Below are positions 1 to 10,566 of a DNA stretch of 64,000 nucleotides, one piece after another. The notes under the pieces were generated by a model that saw only the letters and a program-made list of their open reading frames with translations, did no database searches and was not told the origin of the DNA. The stretch comes from Squalus acanthias. Its lineage: Eukaryota. Location: contig CM059438.1 of the NCBI GenBank assembly GCA_030390025.1, positions 66,342,001 through 66,406,000 on the forward strand, written 5' to 3'. Positions within the stretch are counted from its first letter, which is position 1, and every line of letters starts with the position of its first letter. A program made the translations under genes and the position numbers.

Positions 1-1458
1 CTCATTTCACTGTCTCCTACTCAGAACCTCCATACTCCTTACACCCCTCCATCTTCCTCCCTCCTGCGACAGGCTTTTGAAACCCCTGCTTGCCTTCACC
101 TAACCACTGATGCTTGATTTGCCTCACCTCTCTTACTGTTTTCAACCTTGATGGTATCCAGCACTGGCTTTCTTAATTATATCAAGAATATTTTGTCATG
201 CTAGCTGATCTGGCTTGGCGTTGCTGATGATATGTTGCATCTTAATGACAGGAGAATTATATAATGCAGCAAGTATTATTCTGTTAAGGTGGAGCTGTGC
301 TTAAGGTGGCCTGTCCCTTTTAGGCTAATTGCTGTGAATTCTGAAGCTAATTATTGGTGAGACAAATTTGCAAATTGTCAAGTGCTTGTAAACTTTTGGC
401 TCTAAATCCGAAGAAACAGCTTCAATTTACTTCATATTTTTGACACAGCGTCATGTCTTAAGTGTGACTGACACCCACTAAATACTAGACCACACAGCAA
501 CGGCTTGATGTTCCAGCTGTAAGAGGCAGGAATATTCTGCAGTTTATTTGGGGTCATTTACGAAAGCATTTTCTTTTGCTTGTAAGGTGCAGCATATCAC
601 ATTGAAATGGGTCCAAAACCTCGCTAGTGTTATATGCTGCCTTGCGTAAATCATTGCAGAGTCAGAGACAGCTTTCAACAGATAAGTGCCCATCCATTCC
701 CGTGTCGCCCTCACGGTGCGCAAAGCTCTCTCCGATTCTGTCACAAAATGAAATAAAAATTTTATAATCTGTAAATAATACATAAATGAACAAAACAACC
801 ACATCATTTGACACTGAACAGTAAGCGCAACATGATCCACAAATGACTAATTTGCAGTTTCTAGGAATGCTTTGGCCCAACGGTCTTCCTCCAATGTTTG
901 TCCTTCTCGTGCGTAAGTGGGAGCATCACCTCATAAATTTTAATGCTGTAACTGAACATATATTCTGATGCTGGTTGTGTATGCACCCTCATGATTGGGG
1001 TGTTCTAACCTGTCGTTTTGAATTATGAAAAGGCAAGTCTTTATTAGGGACTAAAAGAATGTTGATAACCTAATATCATTCATATTTTACGAACTTTTCC
1101 TGTGGTGTTCAAGCTGGGTTTAAGGTGAAGGCTGTAGTCAAAATGGCCAGGCCCTGTTTAAATTTGTACAATGGTTTGCACCCAATCTCGAGAGTGCCCA
1201 TGGTGGAGCAGTGGGCTATGTCCTGCCAATCTACTCCTGAACCCCAGGCAATTCAGTCCTATTTGTACTTGTATTCCTTATTTGCTGTTTTGCCCTGTTT
1301 GAATATTGTGGGCCTGGAAATTTGGAAATGCTGTCTTTAGTGATGTTGCCTCATTGGTGGGCAAATTCTAAATCAGAGCACCACAATTGTCAGAAATTGC
1401 AACTGGAGACGGATACAAATTAATGGCAACACATTTTAGAATTTTATATGTTGTGCTT

Positions 1459-1580
1459 GAGGCTCCGTGGTTCCCGAGGCTCCGTGCTGCTCCCGAGGCT
1501 CCGTGCTGCCCCCGAGGCTCCGTGCTGCCCCCGAGGCTGCGTGCTGCCCCCGAGGTTGCGTGGCCCCCGAGGCTCCATGT
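1459..1580. repeat. GC-rich minisatellite, ~20-bp unit (CCGAGGCTCCGTGCTGCCCC), about 6 copies
   Basis: Tandem units are directly visible; the overlapping repetitive ORFs (APEAPCC.., GASGAARS..) are by-products. Confidence 0.9.
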
Positions 1581-1861
1581 TGCGCAGCTGTGCAACCCAT
1601 AGAAACAAAAAGCTTGGATGTCTCACCCCTCCCTGTGATCTTCAGGATGAGCAAAAATGACCTATTAAAAGTGTTAATCCATTGTAAGGTCTTGAATGAC
1701 CCATTTCATTCATACTAAAGGATGTGGATTTGTTGGCTCCCATTATTTGCCTTGTGTGCATCAGATATAAAATGAGTCAAGAAGGAGTTGCATTAAGATA
1801 TGGTGTGGTGTGACAAGATAAAGGGAGGAATGATTTAACTTTTTCTGTTTTGGTGACACTG

Positions 1862-2045
1862 CTCTCTACCTCGCTTTCCTCCTTTAAGACGCTCCTTAAA
1901 ACCTACCTCTTTGACCAAGCTTTTAGTCATTGCCCTAATATCTCCTTATATGGTTCGGTGTCAACTTTTGTTTTATAATGCTCCTGTGAAGTGCCTTAGG
2001 ACATTTACTATGTTAAAGGCGCTATATAAATACAAGTTGTTGTTG
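1862..2045 (+). mobile_element. L2-type LINE 3' end fragment
   Basis: ctccttaaaacctacctctttgaccaagc...ggcgctatataaatacaagttgttgttgt; near-identical to the copy at 55630-55885. Confidence 0.7.
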
Positions 2046-2143
2046 TATGTTGACACTGACAGTAATTAAACAATAATATTCACATTCTGGTCAGAGCTGA
2101 ACAGCTGACATATATTTAACTTTAAAATACAATTTAAACTATA

Positions 2144-2625
2144 TTAATCCCTGGGATGAGAGGGTTGTCCTATGAGGAGAGATTGAGCAGATTGGGCCTA
2201 TACTCTCTGGAATTTAGAAGAATGGGAGGTGATCTCATTGAAACATGTAAGATTCTGAGGGGATTTGACAGGGTAGATGCTGAGAGGTTGTTGCCCCTGG
2301 CTGGAGAGTCTAGAACTAGGGGGCATAGTCTCAGGATAAGGGGTCGGCCATTTAAGACTGAGATGAGGAGGAATTTCTTCACTCAGAGGGTTGTGAATCT
2401 TTGAAATTCTCTACCCCAGATGGCCTGCGATGCTCAGTCATTGAGTATATTCAAGGCTGAGATCGACAGATTTTTGGAGTCTAGGGGAATCAAGGAATAT
2501 GAGGATCGGGCGGGAAAGTGGAGTTGAGGTCGAAGACCAGCCATGATCTTATTGAATGGCGGAGCAGGCTCGAGGGGACATATGGCCTACTCCTGCTCTA
2601 ATTCTTATGTTCTTATATTCTTATG
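2144..2625 (+). mobile_element. CR1-clade LINE, 5'-truncated (ORF2 C-terminus + 3' UTR)
   Basis: ORF 2156-2404 (LSYEERLSRLGLYSLEFRRMGGDLIE..TRGH..FFTQRVV); (TTCTTATG)n tail at ~2602-2625. Confidence 0.93.
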
Positions 2626-3037
2626 AGAGTCTTGATATGTTGAGATGAAAAGAAAAACTGAATAAAGTAAATCTGAAATAAAAATAAATGCTGGAAAAAG
2701 CAAGAGAAAGATAGGTTATAATGTTTCAGCGCTTACTCTTCAGGGTAGAGAAGCTTCCTGCGAGTCGCCATAACAAGGACAGGATGGGGAAAAGAACAGG
2801 TGGAGGTATTGGCAGATTTCAACCCTTGAGCTTTGCCATTTGCTTTTTCCACTACTCTTTGCTGCAGTCAGTCTCGCAAAGAGATTTCTCCATCCTGACT
2901 GACCCAATCCTTATCAAGAGTTACATTCCAACGTTAATCTATCTTTGAAGGGTTATATCCTTTTAATATATCTTTGAAAGGTTAAATCCCAATGTTAATT
3001 TATCTTTGAAGGATTAAATTCTAACACTATTCTATCC

Positions 3038-3302
3038 TCGGTTTTAACTCCAGGTGGATTCCCTGTTCAGGCCTGAGTTAGAATTGCAGTCGGGTCTCAA
3101 TGATGTCATCGGGCCGCAACATGCATATGTAAAGAAGGACCCTGTTGGCTCCGGGCGCCTGTCCTTGCTGCCTGCTCAGGAGAGCAGGTTAAAATTGCAG
3201 ATGTTGCGATCATGGCGGCCGTTCAGACAGGTAAGAGCCAGGGCGATTTTAACTGCCCACCCGCCAGGTTTCTGCTGAGCGAGTAGGGTTAAAATCACCC
3301 CC
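3038..3302. mobile_element. Small MITE-like DNA element with (GA)TTTTAAC / GTTAAAATC termini
   Basis: GC-rich island in AT-rich flank; ggttttaact at the left, gggcgattttaac inside, gttaaaatcacccc at the right. Confidence 0.5.
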
Positions 3303-3764
3303 ATATCTCAATGTGAATTTATTTTTGAAAGTTGGATCCCAATATTAAAGTATCTTTTCCTTTGTGGTTGACTGGCTGTGCATTTCTGGCAATTTCTATT
3401 TTTGTTTCCTTAATATGTACCATTGCTCAATGAAAAGGAAAATGCTTGTTTGACATTTAAAAATACCTCAACACCAGTGTTCAATGAAGTTTTATATGAT
3501 CAGATTGTAAAAATAAATTTATGGAGAGCCCTTTTAGTTATGAATATTCATCCATCACTGTAAGTTTACACAAAGCTTTGTAATGTGGAGCTGACGGGTG
3601 ATGCAATGAATTATTGGCAAAAAGACCAGAAATTTATAGGAGTATCACTAAGTATTTACATCGCATTGGGAAATAATAACGTGTATAAACCTCAACAAAA
3701 ATGGATGTGACAAAATTTTGTAAACTAATTTATCTGACGATATATTACATTGTCACATTGCTAA

Positions 3765-4330
3765 GCTCGATCCAGACTGACCATTGAAGAAAACATAGGA
3801 ACCCAAGTCATTTTTCCATATGATGCAATAGGGAGATATACGAGCCTTGGAGGGGAGGCAGAGAAGAGTCGCAAGGAGAATCCATACTGCCAGCAGACTG
3901 AGGAAAGACTGGAACAAGTTCAGTTCTTCAGCCTTGAGTGGAGGTGACTTGGAGAAAATTTTATTCAGGTATATTATATTGCTGAAATAAAACCTGTTGC
4001 AGTAGGCAAGCAAATAGAAGTTCAAACTGGCAAATGGCAAATTTAGGAAGGATATCAGGAAGCTTTGACGCAGAATCATCTCCATTTGGAATGGACTTCT
4101 GAGGTGGATGTGAGCAAAATACTTTGGAATCATTTAAGGAACAGTTGAATGGTATGATGGAAAGAAAATGAATACTGTGCACAGCCAGGTGCCACAAACA
4201 GCAATGTGATGAATTACCAATTAATCTGTGTTTTCCATTAGTTGAGGGATAAATGTTAGCTGAGAAGACTGTGGGTGTATTCTCGATGGATGCGCTAGCA
4301 TAGACCGAATAGCATCTCTTATACATACTT
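3765..4330 (+). mobile_element. Old, highly decayed CR1-like LINE 3' region
   Basis: Residual motifs ccttggaggggaggcagagaagag.., ggagaaaatttattc.., aaatttaggaaggatatcaggaag.. occur in CR1 order; no ORF. Confidence 0.5.
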
Positions 4331-4427
4331 ATTTTGTGAAAGGAACAGTGGGGATCATTGCAGATGAAGACATGTGAAATACTCCCAGCACCGGTGAAAG
4401 CTACATCTTACTTCCAGAATAAAGCAA

Positions 4428-5986
4428 TGTAAGATCTTAATGATCTCTGAGTTCTTGGACAAGACACCAATAGGCAGCAGCCAGTGTGTTTGAGCAATAG
4501 ATCAAGATTTATTAAGCTTACAGCGTAATTAATACTTAATATTCGGCGAGTTTTAACGAGTAGCTCGCCGCCCTTGGTCTCTGGAACCCCTCGGACACAG
4601 ATGACGTCGTCTTAAGTCTGTTCCTTTGTTCTCGTAGTACGTCTATGTAAAGTTGTTCTTTGAGTATCGAGGTTTTAACCCTTTTCTTATCAAAAGTTGG
4701 TTTGGCCAGTGTCCATATATGGGGGGAAAAATTCAGTTGGTTGCGCCTCCCGTTAGCGCCTTAAGAGGGCGCTAATGGGGCGCAAAGCAACTTACGCCCG
4801 GTCGCGGCGATGTTTGCGCCTGCTCGCGAAATTAACTAGCCATTTTGTGGTGGCGCATAACACTGCCGCCACGATCTCCTGCGCTGACAGATCGTGATGT
4901 CAGTCGAGTGCGCAACGCCCCGGTAGCGCCCAGGAGCGGATATTGAGTGGCGCCCCTGCCTTACCGCCTGCCGCTAGCAACGACAGGTTGAGGGGAGCGT
5001 TTTGCAGTCAGGAAGGGACTGGGGGAGTGCTATTTAAAGGCGACCGCTTCCTGCCTTTTATTGTTGGTGAAATTTTTGAACCACGCATTCTGAAGAGAGA
5101 GAGAGAGAGAGAGAGAGAGACTTCTGGAGAGATTCAACACTGTGTGAAGGAGTTTTGGGTACTGAGCAGCAGTTTGCAGGTTCATTTTGATTTGCCCTTC
5201 CTTGCATCGATTTAGAAGAAACTGTGGGGTCTGCACTCTGAGCTCTTTGCCTGGTTCTCTTCATTGTTCTTTCCAGCAGATTTGATGTACAGGTCTCTCC
5301 AGGCCGAGATTCAAGGCTGCAATGAGCAGGATGTGGATGGAAAGCAAGATCAATCCTCCCCTTTAAGAACTGGTCGACGCTATTGTGTGTGTGTTCCATT
5401 GCTGACTGACATCACATGAGCTTCGCCAGCGCTCTGAGGTAGCGCCTCGCTCCTCGGCCTTTGCGCCTTAAGACAGGTGTGAAGCGCCTGATTTAGCGCT
5501 CCAATCTCCTCCAGGGGTGATAAAAGTCAAGTTTGCAGTCAGAGGCGATAATTAGCGCCAGGCGCTAATTTTTGCGCTCGGCCGATAATTGCGCCCCAAA
5601 TGGGGCGATACTGAATTTCTCCCCCATGGTCTTTAACAAAATCACCTTTTTTAATTGGTTCTAATGGTCAAAATACCATTGTCACTCAGACTAAGGTAGC
5701 ATCCCGCCTTGCCAGTATTTTTCCGTCAACCCTATTCTGCTGTCTTGTTATCTTGTTTATAGTTTTTCAGCCCATTGGAATTTACCATACCTCTTTCATT
5801 TCTAGCTTCAAGCAGTACAAGGCCTTTCTCTACACCAAGGGCACAGCCCATGTCAGCGCTGTTTCACTAATCTTGAGTTACCCAGGAGTAATTATGGGTA
5901 ATATTATTTGTTCAATGGCTACACTTGAATTTATATGTATATGATTCTCATCTACTAAATATCTCTAAATATCAGCCTTTCGTACA
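4428..5986 (-). repeat. 3' LTR (about 650 bp after removing the MITE at 4722-5625)
   Basis: tgtaagatcttaatg...gcctttcgtaca; colinear with 9745-10380. Confidence 0.95.
4722..5625 (-). mobile_element. Non-autonomous Harbinger element (MITE, 904 bp) related to the family at 40087-44966
   Basis: TIRs GGGGGAAAAATTCAG / CTGAATTTCTCCCCC; 3-bp TSD ATG (4719-4721, 5626-5628); empty site ccatatATGgtc in the other LTR (~10032-10043). Its ends are the reverse complement of both ends of 40087-44966. Confidence 0.93.
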
Positions 5987-5999
5987 AGTCCCCACCTCA
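5987..5999 (-). promoter_or_regulatory. Polypurine tract (TGAGGTGGGGACT) adjacent to the 3' LTR
   Basis: G-rich tract abutting the LTR on the minus strand, at the end opposite the PBS. Confidence 0.75.
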
Positions 6000-6532
6000 A
6001 GGATGAAATGTTTTAAACATTGATTCCTCGACTATTTCAATCTATTCTCTGACTACCGTTGCTGCAAATCGGAGTCCTCTAATTGAGGGGAACGGAGCGC
6101 TTCTCAAATGAGGTTTTATCGACCTTTTCATTATAGGCCTGGGTGCTAACTATGACACTCACAGTTGCCGACTGCCTATCCTCATGGCTGAGGGACACCC
6201 CGGGGTCTCCTCAACCATCATGTCGGCCATGCTGATATGTCTTGCCTTCTAGTGCGTCCCAGTCTATCATTTCTCCTCCGCCCGCTGCTCCTATTGCTGC
6301 ATCATATGATCTGGCAGTAACGGCCCTGATCTGACCCCTTACTTAAATTCAATTCACTGTTCCGGTGTTCCAATTCTGCCCCACCTGGGGTATCGTTTGT
6401 TTCTTCTAACTTTCCTGATGTTACCCCGCCTGGGGTCTCCTCTACATTGCTTCAGATCTTCTCTTTCGGTGTGCTCAATTAATTTGTTGGTTCTGGTTAG
6501 TCATAGGCATGAGTACCCAATTGGCTTATATA

Positions 6533-7078
6533 TCAAAGTCTTACTACACAGGTTACATATATCAAATACACTATCATTACAAGTTGGAGAACTACCAGAG
6601 TGTGTGAAATAATACGAACCTAAGGGTGCGCTGATGTATTAAGCCCAATATCCCACCAGTGTGAGTTGTCCTCTATGCTGTCAATTTCGATATCCATTCT
6701 CAAGTTGTCTTGTTCCAAAACATAAAAATGCTTTAGGGAGGAGTTCAGTTGCATCATGAGCTCACTGAAACCCTTAGACAACAGGGGAATGTAGTATCCG
6801 AATTGTGCCACATAATTGTGCAGCTCATACTTAAGTATCTCATTTACTGTCAGTTACACTTGAGCATAGGTTTCGGGATTGAGTAAAACGTGTTGGTTGA
6901 TGGGACAGGTCCTGTTAGACCCGTAAAGCATGGTAGTTGCGGTAGTAGTGACACAGGAGGCACCACCAAAACCACCTCATACTGGATTCGTACTGGTTTT
7001 TCCCATGCTCTGTTACCTACAACACACAATTATTACAGTCACAGTTAAATTTAGTCTCGCAATCATTTCAAGCAACAT
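6533..7078 (-). pseudogene. Decayed, probably internally deleted env-like glycoprotein gene
   Basis: One frame with in-frame stops: MLLEMIARLNLTVTVIIVC.. (hydrophobic N-terminus) ..GGASCVTTTATTMLYGSNRTCPI.. LTVNEILKYELHNYVAQFGYYIPLLSKGFSELMMQLNSSLKHFYVLEQDNLRMDIEIDSIEDNSHWWDIGLNTSAHP*VRIISHTLVVLQLVMIVYLIYVTCVVRL* (helical region, Trp-rich membrane-proximal segment, TM helix), located near the 3' end of the internal region. Confidence 0.6.
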
Positions 7079-9387
7079 TACAGTTTAACATTTAATCAAC
7101 AAATCATGAACTTAAAAGATTCTTCAGATCTCTCTTTTACTCGTATCCATATTGAGGATAATTCTTACTCAACATGATTTTTCCTTAGCCCTCAATTATC
7201 CCAATCCAGATTCCATGTAATTCTTCACTTCAACTTCAATTTTAATCCCTCTAACAGGTACCAGTGTATTTAACTCTATTCTGATTGTTTAATTAATTAG
7301 ATAGTTTCTTGATGGAGTATGTGTCAATGCTTTAAAAGTTGTCTCACTCTCCTGAGCCACATTAACCATTTCATGTCTTGCTGTTGTCAAGTAACTGAGC
7401 ATGTCTGAGACCCGTTCTTCAGTGCAAATTCAACATACATTCCCGAATGGTAATTGCCTCATACGTAACGAATCACATTTGCACACTCATACCGGTATCT
7501 CAATATCGTGCCACATGTGCCATCCGATACAAGTCTTTCTCGGGCTTTCAGGTGATCTTATCAAAAGATTGTCTGGAGGTCTTTGTTCATCTTCCACCAC
7601 ATGGTTCTGATGTCTTGGATAGTGGCCAGACTATCAAATTCAGCTTTCTTAAAACGTTCATTGTAGGCAGGGACACAAATGTCTGCAAGCGAAAGCTATC
7701 AATTTACTATTCTTAACTACACTTTCCGGACTTTCACTCGAAAGTTTGGAAAATTCCCATTTGGTGGTGTAATTCTCCTGTTTCTATCTCACACCCTCAA
7801 TCACTTCCTCTCTCCATTTTACACATCCCAATAATTACCATTCATATCTCATTCATGAGTCCTGGAGGAACTTTACTATCTAGTACAATATTGATTATTA
7901 ACACTTTTTATTTATCATTATTTTAGAGGATCTTTTATTTTCCCAAAAGTAACCCAATATATATTGCCTGAGTCCATTTTGTTAGTTCAAAATTATCCCA
8001 AAATCCAAACAGCAGTATTGTTGAACTGACAGGTTTTGTCAATGTTCAATTTCATTTATCTTCCCTTTCCAATTTCAGAAACAAGTGATTCCCAGGCTAG
8101 GTGGCTTACACAGTGTTTTAACATTAGAGACAGAAGTGCTGCAATTAGTTTACAAGGTAACTTTCATATAACAAAAGAAAGAAGAGAATCCATTGTGACT
8201 CTGCTTAGAGCCCAAGGGGTTAATTTATAAAATCATAATTTTCCTTCTGTCACTCTGGGGAAATATTAACTTAAAATTAAGAAACTTATATTTAATAATG
8301 TCCAATATCTTTAAATTTCAAACTAAAGTTGTTGCTTGGTGAACTTAAACAGCTGTCCGTGGAAAGGGTTAACTCCTTTGCAGGTCTTTAAGAAGGTGGA
8401 GCGAAACATTGTCAGGCGCACGCAATTGCATCACTTCACGTAAATTAAAAAAAACTTTCCTGATCAAAAAACAGTTGTGTTTTTACAAGAAGGTTAGTTA
8501 CCCTTAATAATTCCAATTTAATTCAGACCAATACTTTATTAATGAAACATGAACAGAATAGATAAAACAAAACAAAATAGCACATGCTTGCAGAAAACAG
8601 TAAATTACATCATATTTCTTTTTGTCCTTTTTCAGATGCCTTTCCAAAATACTGTAAAAACATTGAATAGAACTGGAGAAAAACTAGTTTTTCACATTGA
8701 AACAAATCAAATCAAACTGCTTTGGAAAATTTCACCATAGCAACCGCGACTCCAAGGTTAAATCTTATACTGAAACTTAATCTTTTGTAAACAAACATTT
8801 TGTTGTTCTTCTCAGTTTGTACACACTAGCTTAACTTAAATTGTAGTTCAAAGTTTTTTTTTCAATTCTGGGTGCACAATCTTATTCGCACATTCTTAAA
8901 ACTTCCAAGATCCAAGGCAAGACAAAAGTTTTAAACGCTTTTAACACAGAGAAGTGGGTGGAGCTAAAACACACATAACAGACATTTTCTTTTTTTTTAA
9001 GACAAACTTTCCGACAAAAGAAATACTGTAACTTCTTAAACATTCATAGTCAGAAAAACTTTCACTCTTTAACACACACTTTCACACAAACTGAAAATCC
9101 AGCATTTTTTTAAGGTTCCTTTCACTCAGCAAATCTTGTGTTTTATTTGTCTCGGCACAGACGTTAATAATTTCCATGTCGGTAAAACTTTAAATTTCTC
9201 ATTTTTTTCTCCTCTTTTTAAATTGGCGTCTCAGCAGCTTTTCCTGGCTTTCTAAATCTCAATTTTTTATCTTCCTTTGCTGAGTTTTCAGGTCGGTTAC
9301 CCTGCAAATTAGATGTTTTTCCTTCTTTATCTCTCCCTCTCTCTCTCTCCTGCACTTTATGCTTAACCACCTGGCTATGTTTCTCTC

Positions 9388-9561
9388 TTAACTCGTGTTT
9401 TTTTTTTGATTCACATTTTCCGGAATAAAGTTTATCACTTCTTCAAAGGGGACTCGGTCTCCTTTGATTAAACGTTCCGTCAATAATACCTGCACTTCCT
9501 CCGCACGGGCGCCTTTGTCTAACTTACTCTTGTATGCGTTAACAAAACTTTTACTAGCCAT
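9388..9561 (-). pseudogene. Putative gag N-terminal remnant (57 aa)
   Basis: ATG frame ~165 nt downstream of the PBS: MASKSFVNAYKSKLDKGARAEEVQVLLTERLIKGDRVPFEEVINFIPENVNQKKNTS*; continues ERNIARWLSIK after the stop. The assignment is positional only. Confidence 0.35.
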
Positions 9562-9723
9562 TTGGTGATTTTCCTAACAGACATCTAACATCAATAACTA
9601 TCGACGCACAATTCACGGGCACTCCTCACTCCCCATGGGGTTTATCCCTCCTCAAGAGCAGCAGCTGATCAGGAAGCTACTTTCAAGGTCCGATCTATTA
9701 CACAATACTAGCCATTTTGTCTT

Positions 9724-9741
9724 GTCCCATCTGGGGTGCCA
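9724..9741 (-). promoter_or_regulatory. Primer-binding site TGGCACCCCAGATGGGAC, complementary to the tRNA-Arg(CCT) 3' end
   Basis: The plus strand reads GTCCCATCTGGGGTG-CCA, the 3' 18 nt of a vertebrate tRNA-Arg(CCT) isodecoder (from memory), 3 nt from the LTR edge. Confidence 0.85.
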
Positions 9742-9744
9742 ATT

Positions 9745-10380
9745 TGTAAGATCTTAATGATCTCTGAGTTCTTGGACAAGACACCAATAGGCAGCAGCCA
9801 GTATGTTTGAGCAATAGATCAAGATTTATTAAGCTTACAGCATAATTAATACTTAATATTAGGTGATAGTTTTAACGAGTAACTCGCAGCCCTTGGTCTC
9901 TGGAGCCTCTCGGACACAGATGACGTCGTCTTAAGTCTGTTCCTTTGTTCTCGCAGTACGTCTGTGTAAAGTTGTTCTTTGAGTATCGAGGTTTTAACCC
10001 TTTTCTTATCAAAAGTTGGTTTGGCCAGTGTCCATATATGGTCTTTAATTCGTTCTAATGGTCAAAATACCATTGTCACTCAGACTAAGGTAGCATCCCG
10101 CCTTGCCAGTATTTTTCCGTCAACTCTATTCTGCTGTCTTGTTATCTTGGTTATAGTCTTTCACCCCATTGGAATTTACCATACCTCTTTCATTTCTAGC
10201 TTCAAGCAGTACAAGGCCTTTCTCTACACCAAGGGCACAGCCCATGTCAGCGCTGTTTCACTAATCTTGAGTTACCCAGGAGTAATTATGGGTAATATTA
10301 TTTGTTCAATGGCTACACTTGAATTTATATGTATATGATTCTCGTCGACTAAATATCTCTAAATATCAGCCTTTCGTACA
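9745..10380 (-). repeat. 5' LTR (636 bp) with AATAAA at 9825-9830 (minus strand)
   Basis: TG...CA ends; direct repeat of 4428-5986 without the MITE. Confidence 0.95.
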
Positions 10381-10566
10381 GCAATAAACACCAGTTCTTC
10401 AAAATAGCAGATCTTGAAAGATGTATCATTGGTGTTTTGCTGTAGTTTATATTTCCCAGTCTAAGCTGTAATCATCAAATCAAGAACTGCATTGAAAATG
10501 TGGAACTGACTGTGAAAGAGCCGTGAGTCCATCTTATTTCAAATCATAAAATTCTCTGAACTTTAT

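Larger units (their letters stand above)
4428..10380 (-). mobile_element. Full-length but non-autonomous LTR retroelement / ERV-like provirus
   Basis: Two TG...CA LTRs (4428-5986 and 9745-10380), 4-bp TSD GCAA (4424-4427; 10381-10384), PBS at 9724-9741 and PPT at 5987-5999, both on the minus strand. Confidence 0.95.

Noticed and set aside
7324..7696. Possible pol/integrase remnant on the minus strand (..DIRTMWWKMNKDLQ..KWLMWLRRVRQLL)
   Set aside because: Several in-frame stops and no HHCC, DDE or YxDD motif that I can identify; needs TBLASTN or an HMM search.
5753..10338. Duplicated hydrophobic ORFs 5753-5944 and 9979-10338 as paralogous genes
   Set aside because: They are the same antisense frame within the two LTRs.
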